64,000 nt of DNA from Spirochaetia bacterium (GTDB taxonomy: Bacteria; Spirochaetota; Spirochaetia; UBA9216), in the NCBI GenBank assembly GCA_963677925.2, contig CAXXYH010000004.1:640001-704000 (forward strand), read 5' to 3'. The notes below the pieces were generated by a model. It saw only the letters and a list, made by a program, of their open reading frames with translations. It was not told the origin of the DNA and did no database searches. This document shows positions 49,974 through 58,896 of the stretch, piece after piece; the first letter of the stretch is position 1, and every line of letters starts with the position of its first letter. The position numbers and the translations under genes are program-made.

Positions 49974-50339
49974 ATGGGATTATACTGGAAAGATCTTGAA
50001 ATACTGCCTGGAATGCTTTTAGAGGTTGAGCTTGTTCGGCCGGATGCCTTTGATGAAGAGGGCCGGCCCCTCAGGCTTACATGGCAGATACTGGACTTCG
50101 GAATAAGGCTGCCGGATGATGCCTACCTGCTTTATAAAACAGGTAAGAAATTTCCGCTTAAAAAAGTTGTTAAAAGCAGAAGGCTTCAGTCACTGATTGA
50201 AAAGGGGCAGCTTCTGCAGCTTCCTGCCGGTACGGATTATATGGTTGTAGAAGAAGGACATAACGGCACTTCTGCCGGAAAGAAATGCTGCAACCTTGAT
50301 ATGCTGGCTGCTGTCAGGAGTATTCGGGTACTGGTGTGA
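49974..50339 (+). CDS. Hypothetical protein
   Basis: 121-aa ORF, ATG 6 nt after TATAAT. No family recognised. Confidence 0.6.
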   Translation: MGLYWKDLEILPGMLLEVELVRPDAFDEEGRPLRLTWQILDFGIRLPDDAYLLYKTGKKFPLKKVVKSRRLQSLIEKGQLLQLPAGTDYMVVEEGHNGTSAGKKCCNLDMLAAVRSIRVLV

Positions 50340-50976
50340 GAATTCTGCTTATCAGCTTTCGCATAAACGGAAGCATCTTCCTGGCTATCCCTCCTACCAG
50401 AAACACTGCAACCAGAGTTCCTTCTCTTACTCCATGTATTGTGTCGAAAAAATAAATTGAGAAAATACAGCTTAGTGTAACTACCGCGGCATCAAAGCCG
50501 ATTTTTATCTTTCCGAATTCAACTTTTGCAACTTCGGCTATTGCATTAGTTGCACCCTCAGGCGGCAGGACTATAACATCAGCAGCAAGCTCCATACTTA
50601 CCCCGACAGCGGCAAGTACGCAGCTTATAAGCATCACAATAAACCGATAATGGTATACTGCCGGCGTCAGCCATGATGTGATATAGATTGAAAAGTCTAC
50701 AAGGTAGCCGAAGAGGAAGGCTACCGGCAGCTGAATAAGGTGTATCGGCTTAAAACGCTTTCGAAGCAGAATAATCTGAAGCATTACCATTGCAAAATGA
50801 AATACAATAGTGAATTGTCCAATTGTAAGTTTTTCGGTAAGGCTCAGTACAAATGGGAGTGTAGAGATCGTCGATATCCCGAGATTTGCCTTTACAGAGA
50901 GGGCTGAGCCCAGAGAGAGCAGCCAGATCCCCAGTATAAAAAATGTGTAGCGTGTAAATATTTCTTTGAATTTCAT
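50314..50976 (-). CDS. YczE/YitT-like membrane protein
   Basis: ANLGIS...PFV, TIGQ, PPEG, KIGFD and GVREGT. Confidence 0.82.
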   Translation of the reverse strand: MKFKEIFTRYTFFILGIWLLSLGSALSVKANLGISTISTLPFVLSLTEKLTIGQFTIVFHFAMVMLQIILLRKRFKPIHLIQLPVAFLFGYLVDFSIYITSWLTPAVYHYRFIVMLISCVLAAVGVSMELAADVIVLPPEGATNAIAEVAKVEFGKIKIGFDAAVVTLSCIFSIYFFDTIHGVREGTLVAVFLVGGIARKMLPFMRKLISRILTPVPEYS

Positions 50977-50985
50977 GTTCTATCT

Positions 50986-51177
50986 TTACAGTATCTTCTG
51001 GACCCGGCCAATCTGACCGTCTTCAAGTCTGACTTTTATCCCGTGCGGGTGGTTGGGTGATTTAGTAAGAAGATCGGCAACCACTCCTTCGGTAAGTTTT
51101 CCGGTACGCTGGTCCTTTTTTAAAACAATCGCAACCTTGATCCCGGGTTTTATATTTGCTCTGACTTTTCCGTCCAT
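50986..51177 (-). CDS. ywbE: YwbE family (DUF2196) protein
   Basis: IVLKKDQRTGKLTEGVVADLLTKSPNHPHGIKVRLEDGQIGRVQ. Confidence 0.9.
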   Translation of the reverse strand: MDGKVRANIKPGIKVAIVLKKDQRTGKLTEGVVADLLTKSPNHPHGIKVRLEDGQIGRVQKIL

Positions 51178-51187
51178 ATGTTTGTTC

Positions 51188-51817
51188 CTATGTATTTAAT
51201 ATCACAGATGAATTAATAATTTTAATTCCATCTGATTCCATCTTTGAGAACGCAGATTTTACTCCGTCAGGTGTGACTCCGGCGCATGCGTCCCTGATGA
51301 CGAAAACCGGCCCGGCTGCATTGAGCTGCATTGCATCTGCTGCAGTGTTCAGGACGCAGACATCGGTGGCTATTCCGCAGATGTAAATTTCAAGCTGTTC
51401 ATCTGAAGAAAATTTGCTTTTAAGAAATCCGAAAAGTCCTGTATTGTTTTTCTTTTCGTTGTCAAAGAATGCAGAATATGAATCAATATCCGGGTTTGTT
51501 CCCTTTCTGATTATGCAGTCGACAGGATTCAGGTTAACAGAGGGTCTGAATTCCGCACCGCGTGTCCCCTGTTCACAGTGATCCGGCCATACAATCTGTC
51601 CTGCTTTGTCGTTCATTTCATATGGTTCGGTTCCGTAGGTGCTTGCAAATGACACATGATCTGCAGGATGCCAGTCCTGAGTCGCAACGACGCAGTCAAA
51701 TATTCCGCTGGTTGACAGTTTGTTAATAACAGGAATAATCTTGTCACCGTCAGAAACAGCGAGACTTCCCCCCGGGCAGAAGTCATTCTGGACATCTACA
51801 ATAATCAATGTTTTCAT
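51188..51817 (-). CDS. pncA: Nicotinamidase/pyrazinamidase
   Basis: VDVQNDFCPGGSL, TQDWHP..H, WPDHC, KG...DSYSAF and GIATDVCV. Confidence 0.95.
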   Translation of the reverse strand: MKTLIIVDVQNDFCPGGSLAVSDGDKIIPVINKLSTSGIFDCVVATQDWHPADHVSFASTYGTEPYEMNDKAGQIVWPDHCEQGTRGAEFRPSVNLNPVDCIIRKGTNPDIDSYSAFFDNEKKNNTGLFGFLKSKFSSDEQLEIYICGIATDVCVLNTAADAMQLNAAGPVFVIRDACAGVTPDGVKSAFSKMESDGIKIINSSVILNT

Positions 51818-51898
51818 CCCAGCATATTATGCCTGATCGCGTGCGAGGGTCAATATTTCTGTTTACTGTATAGTGAGATTATAATTATAATATTTACC

Positions 51899-53338
51899 AT
51901 GAACAGCAATGATATTTCGAATCAGGATGCAAAAAGAGTCTTCCACTTACCGGAAAAGCTTGAAAATTCACTACTTTATCAGATTATTGAAAATTCGCAT
52001 GACGGAATTATTGTAACCGATAATACCGGGCGGGTTCTTCTTGCAAATCCTCCGGCTGCAAATTTCATGAATCGTACTGTCGAGGATCTTCTAGGGTATA
52101 ATGTCAGGCTTCTGGTTGAAAAGGGATTTTACAGTCAGTCTACCATTCTTGAGACAATACAAACAGGACAGCCGGTAACAAAACTTATAACAATACCAAG
52201 CGGGAAAAAGGTTCTTTCCACAAGCATTCCTGTTCTCAATGATGATAATACCGTTAACCTGATTGTTACTACTACGATAAATCAGGATCTGGTTGATACT
52301 TATGTAGATGCGATTGAACAGGAAAAGACAAAATCAGAAAAATATAAAAGTGCCGCCAATTATCTTGATGGTCTTGAATCAAGGGCCAATGAGGTTGTCT
52401 TTAAAAGCGAAAAGATGAAACGGATAATTGATGAGGCGGGGATGATTGCCCGAACGGACAGTACTGTACTGATAACTGGAGAATCAGGAACGGGAAAGGA
52501 AGTGATTGCAAGATTTATTCACAGAAACAGCTTTCGATCCAGGGAACCCTTTATTCCGGTTAACTGTGCTGCAATACCCGAAGAATTGATGGAATCTGAA
52601 TTTTTCGGGTATGACAAAGGGGCTTTTTCCGGAGCAAATTCAAGAGGTAAGCTGGGATTTTTTGAAATGGCTGATAAAGGAACTCTGTTTCTTGATGAAA
52701 TCGGAGAGCTGTCTTTAAACCTGCAGTCCAAACTGCTGAGGGTCCTTGAGACAGGAGAGTTTCAGCGGGTAGGCGGCGTTACGATAAAAAAATCGGATGT
52801 CAGGCTTGTCTCGGCAACAAATAAAGATCTTGCATCAATGGTCACCCGCGGGGTTTTCAGGGAGGATTTGTATTACAGGCTTAATGTGATCCCCATTTCC
52901 ATACCGCCGCTGAGGGAGAGGCCTGAAGATATTCTGAAGCTTTCTGATAAGTTTTTAAAGGAATTCAACGCGAAATTCGGGACTGATAAGGCTTTTTCAA
53001 AGAACCTTCTTGTTAATTTTATGAACTACAGCTGGCCGGGTAATGCGAGAGAACTAAGGAACCTGATAGAAAGACTTGTTATTATTTCCAGCGGAAAAGA
53101 ACTGAACTATGATTTTAAGGGTGATTATTGCTCGGAAAAAGATACTGTTGAGTCAAGGCTTGATAAAAAAGGAACTGAATTTGTTCCTCTTAAGGATGCC
53201 GTTAAGACGTATGAGCAGACTTACATAAAAGCTGCAGTAGATTCCTGTAACGGTAAAATTTCAGCGGCGGCAAATCTGCTTGGAATTCACCGGACAATGA
53301 TATATCGAAAGCTTGAATCTTTTTCTTTAGATGATTAG
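51899..53338 (+). CDS. PAS-domain sigma54-dependent activator (bEBP)
   Basis: PAS, GESGTGKE, NCAAIP, GAFSGA, LFLDEIGE, FREDLYYRLNV, WPGNAREL and Fis-type HTH. Confidence 0.95.
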   Translation: MNSNDISNQDAKRVFHLPEKLENSLLYQIIENSHDGIIVTDNTGRVLLANPPAANFMNRTVEDLLGYNVRLLVEKGFYSQSTILETIQTGQPVTKLITIPSGKKVLSTSIPVLNDDNTVNLIVTTTINQDLVDTYVDAIEQEKTKSEKYKSAANYLDGLESRANEVVFKSEKMKRIIDEAGMIARTDSTVLITGESGTGKEVIARFIHRNSFRSREPFIPVNCAAIPEELMESEFFGYDKGAFSGANSRGKLGFFEMADKGTLFLDEIGELSLNLQSKLLRVLETGEFQRVGGVTIKKSDVRLVSATNKDLASMVTRGVFREDLYYRLNVIPISIPPLRERPEDILKLSDKFLKEFNAKFGTDKAFSKNLLVNFMNYSWPGNARELRNLIERLVIISSGKELNYDFKGDYCSEKDTVESRLDKKGTEFVPLKDAVKTYEQTYIKAAVDSCNGKISAAANLLGIHRTMIYRKLESFSLDD

Positions 53339-53342
53339 GTTT

Positions 53343-53403
53343 TGTAGTATAATCACTACATATGTAGCAAATATGCTACAATAGATGTTGCAAAATTGCT
53401 ACA
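53343..53403. promoter_or_regulatory. Three tandem TGT-N12-ACA palindromes (bEBP upstream activating sequences)
   Basis: TGTAGTATAATCACTACA 53343-60, TGTAGCAAATATGCTACA 53363-80 and TGTTGCAAAATTGCTACA 53386-403. Confidence 0.85.
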
Positions 53404-53527
53404 TGTAAAAATCATAATAAAATAAACTCAGTGTAATAAAGTCTGAAATTTAATAAATACCAGCTATTTTTCCAATTTTTCTCTCCTAATCAACGGTTTC
53501 TATAATTAATTCAAATAAAAAATTGAT

Positions 53528-53545
53528 TTGGTATGTAACTTGCAT
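53528..53545 (+). promoter_or_regulatory. Sigma54 -24/-12 promoter
   Basis: TTGGTATGTAACTTGCAT with GG(53530-31)-N10-GC(53542-43), about 125 bp downstream of the UAS across an AT-rich spacer. Confidence 0.88.
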
Positions 53546-53587
53546 TTATGACTTCGAAAATATCATTTAGATAAGGAGAAGAATTAA

Positions 53588-54889
53588 ATGAGTATTGTTT
53601 TGAGTGGACTGGGAATCCTGTTCGGATTTCTGCTGCTGATGGTCGGCGCCTGGAAGAAGATTAACCTTCTTGTTGTAACGCTGGCAGCAACCGCAGTAAT
53701 TGCAATTTTTAACGGATTGAATATCGCCGAAGTCTGGGCCGGAACCTATATGGAGGGGTTCACTAGTTTTGCAGGCAAGTATCTGCTTCTTTTCTGTTTT
53801 GGTTCGCTGTTCGGTAAAATCATTGAAGACAGCGGAGCCGGCTGGAGAATTGCTAATACAATTGCCTCAAAAACCGGTCATAAAAAAGCCCTGGGTGCTC
53901 TTACCCTTGTAACTGCCCTCCTGCTTTACGGCGGTGTAAGTATATTTGTAATTGTATTTTTCATTCTGCCAATCGGAAAGAGCCTGTTTAAGAAGATCGG
54001 TATTCCCTGGTATCTCTTCCCTGGAATCGCAATGATCGGAACAATTCCTGCAGTCGGAATGCTTCCCGGAACTCTGCAGATCCTGAATATTATTCCTACA
54101 AACTTCCTTGGTACTACTCTGACGGCCGGAGCCGGCGTCGGTCTTGTTGCAACTGTTGTATATTTTCTGATGGCTTATTTTTATACAAGACGTGTCATTA
54201 GAACCAATGCCGGTAACTTTAATCTTGCAGATTTCAATACAGGGCATGATGTAGAATTAAATGAGGAAGAGCTGAATTCAAGAGCTCCGAATGTTATCTT
54301 TTCTCTTATTCCCATTGCTGTTGCGCTTATCCTGATAAATGTATTCAAGATAAATATTATTATCGGAATGCTTCTTGCCAGCGTTGTCGGTATTGCCCTG
54401 TTCTGGAAATCTCTCGGAGGTTCAAAGTTCTGGTCTACAATAAATACTGGCATCGCAAACGGTATTGCTCCGGTTATTTATGTTTCTGTTGTAGTCGGTG
54501 TCGCCCGAACCGTAGCTGCAGTTCCCTTCTTTGATGTAATGAAAGATGCACTTCTTAATCTGCAGGCTAACGGTCTTATAAAAGTGATTGCAACCACATC
54601 TGTTCTTTCCGCAATGACCGGATCTTCATCCGGAAGTATGACGATGATCCTTGATCTTTTCAGCCAGGATTTTCTGTCCTGGGGATACGCACCTGGCCTT
54701 CTGCACAGATTGATCTCTGTTGCCGCTCTGGGGTTTGATTCTCTGCCATGGAATTCTGTAGTTGTTGTCTTCTTTACCTTAAGCGGGGTTTCATATGCAA
54801 AGGGATATAAGCATGTTTTTGCCTATACCGTAGTTATGCCTTTAATATGTGCATTCCTTATTATTGCCATATCACCAATATTTTATTAA
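53588..54889 (+). CDS. GntP-family / IT-superfamily organic acid permease
   Basis: LFGKIIEDSGAG..IA, LLYGGVSIFV, LPGTLQILNIIP, MTGSSSG and DSLPWN. Confidence 0.85.
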   Translation: MSIVLSGLGILFGFLLLMVGAWKKINLLVVTLAATAVIAIFNGLNIAEVWAGTYMEGFTSFAGKYLLLFCFGSLFGKIIEDSGAGWRIANTIASKTGHKKALGALTLVTALLLYGGVSIFVIVFFILPIGKSLFKKIGIPWYLFPGIAMIGTIPAVGMLPGTLQILNIIPTNFLGTTLTAGAGVGLVATVVYFLMAYFYTRRVIRTNAGNFNLADFNTGHDVELNEEELNSRAPNVIFSLIPIAVALILINVFKINIIIGMLLASVVGIALFWKSLGGSKFWSTINTGIANGIAPVIYVSVVVGVARTVAAVPFFDVMKDALLNLQANGLIKVIATTSVLSAMTGSSSGSMTMILDLFSQDFLSWGYAPGLLHRLISVAALGFDSLPWNSVVVVFFTLSGVSYAKGYKHVFAYTVVMPLICAFLIIAISPIFY

Positions 54890-54901
54890 ACAGGAGTTTT
54901 A

Positions 54902-55342
54902 ATGAGTAATTCAGAAACAAAGAAATATCTGATCCAGGAACTTCATGATCCAAATATGGGATCACCTGAGTTTCAGGAGATGTATAAAAAGTTTTCAAAC
55001 AGGATATTGTGGATAGATTCAAAGGTAGTACCCGGAGCCTTCCAGATGAATACTGCATGGTATTATGCAGTACCTGAGAAAAATCCCGTCTTTGAAGAAC
55101 ATGTTCACGATTATGACGAGATGATAGGATTTTTCGGATCCAATCCTGATGAGCCGTATAATCTGAACGCGGAAATCGTCGCCGGAATTGATGGCGAGAT
55201 GCATACAATCACCAGGTCCTCACTGATATTTATTCCGGCAGGTATGCCTCATATGCCCCTGTCGCTTAACAGGGTTGATAGACCTATCTTTCATTTTTCA
55301 GTAGTAATGAACCCCGAATACTCCGACGGGGCTTATAAATAG
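54902..55342 (+). CDS. Cupin-fold metalloprotein of unknown function
   Basis: HVHDYDE motif 1 and FIPAGMPH motif 2. SD AGGAG. Confidence 0.75.
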   Translation: MSNSETKKYLIQELHDPNMGSPEFQEMYKKFSNRILWIDSKVVPGAFQMNTAWYYAVPEKNPVFEEHVHDYDEMIGFFGSNPDEPYNLNAEIVAGIDGEMHTITRSSLIFIPAGMPHMPLSLNRVDRPIFHFSVVMNPEYSDGAYK

Positions 55343-55368
55343 AAGAAAAGTTGTAATTTCGTTGCTTA

Positions 55369-55402
55369 CATTACAGGTAATATACTAATATTACCTGTAA
55401 TG
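55369..55402. promoter_or_regulatory. Perfect 14-bp inverted repeat covering a -10 element and the start codon
   Basis: CATTACAGGTAATA-TACTAA-TATTACCTGTAATG. The final ATG is the start at 55400. Confidence 0.6.
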
Positions 55403-56215
55403 ACTAATAAAACACTGCAGTCCTTTCTGCCCCGCAAGGGAATAACAATTATCAGCGGTTACACCGATGCAGATATGCTTGTCTATGTAGCAGCCTATGA
55501 ACTTGATAAAGATAACAGTATCGAGATCAGTTTTCCGAAGGGCCATCGGTTTAAAGATGGTCAGTTTGTGACTCTGCATCTTGATAACAGATCCGGAGTT
55601 GAAGAATACGATTCAGATTTACGGGTTTACCGGACATCCTACCGGGGAATTGTTTCAAATATTAAGGGAAATTATATAAAAGTCCTGCCGAAAGAATTCA
55701 TGTGTTACTATTCCAATGATTGTGTCATAAAGTATGTGTCGCCTGATTTTGAATATGATTTGGTAAATGAAATAAATCCCCTGCCGGAATCCGGAATAAA
55801 ACATTCCGAACTTCGCTGGACCGGAAGAGAGTACGAGAATAAGCTGGGAGTTTTAATTACACGGCTGAAAGAGTATCCTCACTCTTCTTTAATGGCTTTT
55901 CTTTCCACTGAATGTGATGACATTTTTCTGATTACCCTGAAGAGTCTGTTTAAGTCTTCGGTAATTCACCGGGATAACAGATGCTGTTTTGCGATTGACC
56001 ATAGATCGGATTTCGTTTTTGAAAAAGCCTATGACTGGAATTACACAATTTTGGAGGCAGATGCATACACCGTGTCTGACAGTAATCCTGTCTTTGAAGA
56101 GATTCAGTCGAGGTTTGTTGATAAGAACCCGTGGGAAGCTTCATTTTTTCTCAGTCCTGAAGTTGAAATGTTTCATCTGAAACCGACTAAAATACTGATG
56201 CCCGATACAATATAG
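55400..56215 (+). CDS. PNPOx-like (split-barrel) domain protein
   Basis: C-terminal LGVLIT...YPHSSLMAF...IFLIT....KS..I.RDNRCCFAID resembles the FMN-binding split barrel. Confidence 0.6.
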   Translation: MTNKTLQSFLPRKGITIISGYTDADMLVYVAAYELDKDNSIEISFPKGHRFKDGQFVTLHLDNRSGVEEYDSDLRVYRTSYRGIVSNIKGNYIKVLPKEFMCYYSNDCVIKYVSPDFEYDLVNEINPLPESGIKHSELRWTGREYENKLGVLITRLKEYPHSSLMAFLSTECDDIFLITLKSLFKSSVIHRDNRCCFAIDHRSDFVFEKAYDWNYTILEADAYTVSDSNPVFEEIQSRFVDKNPWEASFFLSPEVEMFHLKPTKILMPDTI

Positions 56216-56223
56216 GAGATCTT

Positions 56224-57408
56224 ATGCAACTTTCACTTAAGGAATATTTTATTTCTCTTTCCTCACTTCTGGATTTTCTGGAGGTGGAAATGCATTCCAG
56301 ACCTACAAATCACTGTAAACGGGTCGCTCTTTTTGCGCTGAAGCTGGGCAGTGAAATTGGGCTGGATGAAAATGACAGGTTTAGTCTTGGCGCCCTTGCC
56401 CTCCTGCATGATCTTGGTGCGTCGATGGCTGTGCTGATCCAGAAAATGGAAAAGCAGAAAAATCCTGATATTGAAGTTTTTCCTGATCACTGCAAAGCCG
56501 GGGCTGATCTTGTATCCGGCATTCCGTTTCTGGCAGATCAATCAGATGTGATTTTGTATCACCACGAACGATATGACGGCAAAGGCTATTACGGCGTAGA
56601 TACCGTTCCGCTGTTTTCGAGTATAATAACCATAAGCGACAGGATTGATATGGAGCTGTTTAATAAGGCTACAGGAATGGAAGCAACCAGAAAGCTGCTT
56701 GAAAAAGAAAAGGGCAGGATTTTTTCTCCGGAAATTGCGGAAGCCGGACTTCATTCATTAAGCAGCTGCAATATGTTTCAAACTCTGGACGATGCAAATG
56801 TTCTGTCCGGAATCAACGCGGAACTGCCGGAAAAGATGATCTCCGCATCAGGAGAAGAGATTCTTGAAATGACTCAGCCTTTTTCAAATATTGTTGATGC
56901 AAAATCACCCTTTACCAGGAATCATTCCTCTCAGCTCACTGATAAAGTTTCTGCGATGTGTGCATATTATAAGTTTGACAGAGAAAAAACTATTAAGATG
57001 CTTATTGCAGCTAATCTTCATGATATAGGGAAACTGGCGGTACCGAACAGGATTCTTGAAAAGAACGGAAAGCTGACTCCGGAAGAATTTGATGTTATTA
57101 AAACACATACTTATTACACCAGAATTGCCCTTCAGCAGATCACCGGCTGGGAGGATATCACCGACTGGGCTTCTGATCATCATGAAAAGTTGAACGGAAA
57201 AGGATATCCGATAGGCAAATCTGCAGATCAACTGTCATTTGAAGCAAGGCTTATGGCATGTCTGGATATCTATCAGGCGCTATCTGAAGACAGGCCTTAT
57301 AAGCAGGGGTTCTCAAATGAGAAGTCTTTCGGGATCCTTGATGAATGTGTTGCCAGAAATGAGATCGACGGTTCTATCGTTGAGGATATGAAAAAGGTTT
57401 TTGTTTAA
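56224..57408 (+). CDS. Tandem HD/HD-GYP phosphodiesterase
   Basis: HCKRV, LLHDLG and HHERYDGKGY. Second domain has HS, LHDIGK, HHEKLNGKGYP and DIYQALSEDRPYK. Confidence 0.92.
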   Translation: MQLSLKEYFISLSSLLDFLEVEMHSRPTNHCKRVALFALKLGSEIGLDENDRFSLGALALLHDLGASMAVLIQKMEKQKNPDIEVFPDHCKAGADLVSGIPFLADQSDVILYHHERYDGKGYYGVDTVPLFSSIITISDRIDMELFNKATGMEATRKLLEKEKGRIFSPEIAEAGLHSLSSCNMFQTLDDANVLSGINAELPEKMISASGEEILEMTQPFSNIVDAKSPFTRNHSSQLTDKVSAMCAYYKFDREKTIKMLIAANLHDIGKLAVPNRILEKNGKLTPEEFDVIKTHTYYTRIALQQITGWEDITDWASDHHEKLNGKGYPIGKSADQLSFEARLMACLDIYQALSEDRPYKQGFSNEKSFGILDECVARNEIDGSIVEDMKKVFV

Positions 57409-57501
57409 ATCATGGCTGTTTTGAATATCTCTTAGACGGAATCTTATTCAAATCAGCGATGGAAATTCCGGGTTGAAAAAGCTAACATTCTTCCTGTTAT
57501 T

Positions 57502-58842
57502 ATGCAGGATATATTTAAAGAAGGTGTTCACCTCAAACCATTCTACAGATTTATTTTCCCGTCCATTATCCAGATGGTTTTCATGTCCATCAATTATATC
57601 ATTGACGGTATTCTCATTGCCAATTTCCTGGGGATAAACGCCTTTGCCGCTTTGAACCTCTGCTACCCGGTGGAGTCGCTGATATGGGGCCTGTCCGTGA
57701 TGCCTGCAGCCGGAGCCGCCGCTCTAATTGCAATTCTTCTCGGCGAAGGAAAAACAGAAAAGGCCAATAGCCGCTTTACTCTGATATGTCTTGTTGCTCT
57801 GGGCATCGGCCTGCTGTATACACTGGTTGTCTATGTGTTTATGGAGCAGATTCTGAATCTCCTCGGGGCAACCGGACTGCTGCGTGAAAACAGCAGAACC
57901 TATCTGATGATAGCAAATATCGGAACACCCTTTGCATTTCTGGGAGTAATCCTCGGCTTTTTTATCAGGGTTGACGGCAGCCCCAGATTTACGCTTCTGC
58001 AGAATGCGGCAGGAGGGGTTGCCCTTGTCGGTCTTGATTTCCTGCTGATGGGTAAGCTCGGCTGGGGGATAGAAGCTCCGGCAATTGCAACACTTGCCTG
58101 GCTTGTTGTGAAAGCTGTTTTAGGTTTCTGGTATTTTCTGCGTCATAACAAGACTCTTAAATTTGTTAAACCGCAGTGGGACGGTAAATTTGTCAGGGAT
58201 TCTCTGGTTAACGGGTCCTCCGAGCTGGTCTCGGAAAGTTCTGCCGGGCTGGTTGCTTTTGTATTCAATCTGCTTGCTCTTCATTATGTAGGAGAAGCTG
58301 GAGTTGCTGCAATCGGTATAATCATGACAGTAAATTTTCTTCTCATCTCTCTTTACTTCGGTTATATCTCCGGAGCAAGTCCGCTTATCAGCTACTACTA
58401 CGGAGCCTCGGAATTCAAGATAGTAAATACAATTCACAGATGGTCAAAAAATCTGCTGCTTGTCAGTTCCGTTGTAATTGCAGGTTTAACATTTATCTTT
58501 GCCGAAAATCTTGTTTCAATTTATGAATCGAATGAGAGCGAGGTTTTCCGGATTGCAGTAACCGGGATGCGTTTTCTGGCCGCAGGACTTCTTTTCGGCG
58601 GTGTGAACATTTATGCCTCGGGATTTTTTACCGCATATGGAAACGGCTTGATTTCTTCGATTATTTCGTTTTCGCATTCAATTGTTTTTACCCTGCTCTT
58701 CGGTCTTGTGTTCACCGCGGTAATGGGATTTGACGGAATATGGTTATCGATCTGTACCGCGGAGTTTTTGACGCTGATTATTTCACTTGTATGTTTTTAT
58801 ATTTTCAGAAACAAGTATAGATATTCATTTTTTAAGAGCTGA
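57502..58842 (+). CDS. MATE-family efflux transporter
   Basis: PSIIQM...IIDGILIANFLGINAFAALNL, RVDGSP, about 12 TMs and GFDGIWLS..AE. Confidence 0.92.
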   Translation: MQDIFKEGVHLKPFYRFIFPSIIQMVFMSINYIIDGILIANFLGINAFAALNLCYPVESLIWGLSVMPAAGAAALIAILLGEGKTEKANSRFTLICLVALGIGLLYTLVVYVFMEQILNLLGATGLLRENSRTYLMIANIGTPFAFLGVILGFFIRVDGSPRFTLLQNAAGGVALVGLDFLLMGKLGWGIEAPAIATLAWLVVKAVLGFWYFLRHNKTLKFVKPQWDGKFVRDSLVNGSSELVSESSAGLVAFVFNLLALHYVGEAGVAAIGIIMTVNFLLISLYFGYISGASPLISYYYGASEFKIVNTIHRWSKNLLLVSSVVIAGLTFIFAENLVSIYESNESEVFRIAVTGMRFLAAGLLFGGVNIYASGFFTAYGNGLISSIISFSHSIVFTLLFGLVFTAVMGFDGIWLSICTAEFLTLIISLVCFYIFRNKYRYSFFKS

Positions 58843-58896
58843 TTATAAAAGTATCAATTCTGTGATATTCTTGATCCGCAGGACTGCGGAACAGAT

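Noticed and set aside
53343-53403. Three near-identical 18-bp units considered as a mini CRISPR or iteron array
   Set aside because: Spacers are only 2-5 nt and no cas or rep genes are present. Position and TGT-N12-ACA form fit bEBP UAS.
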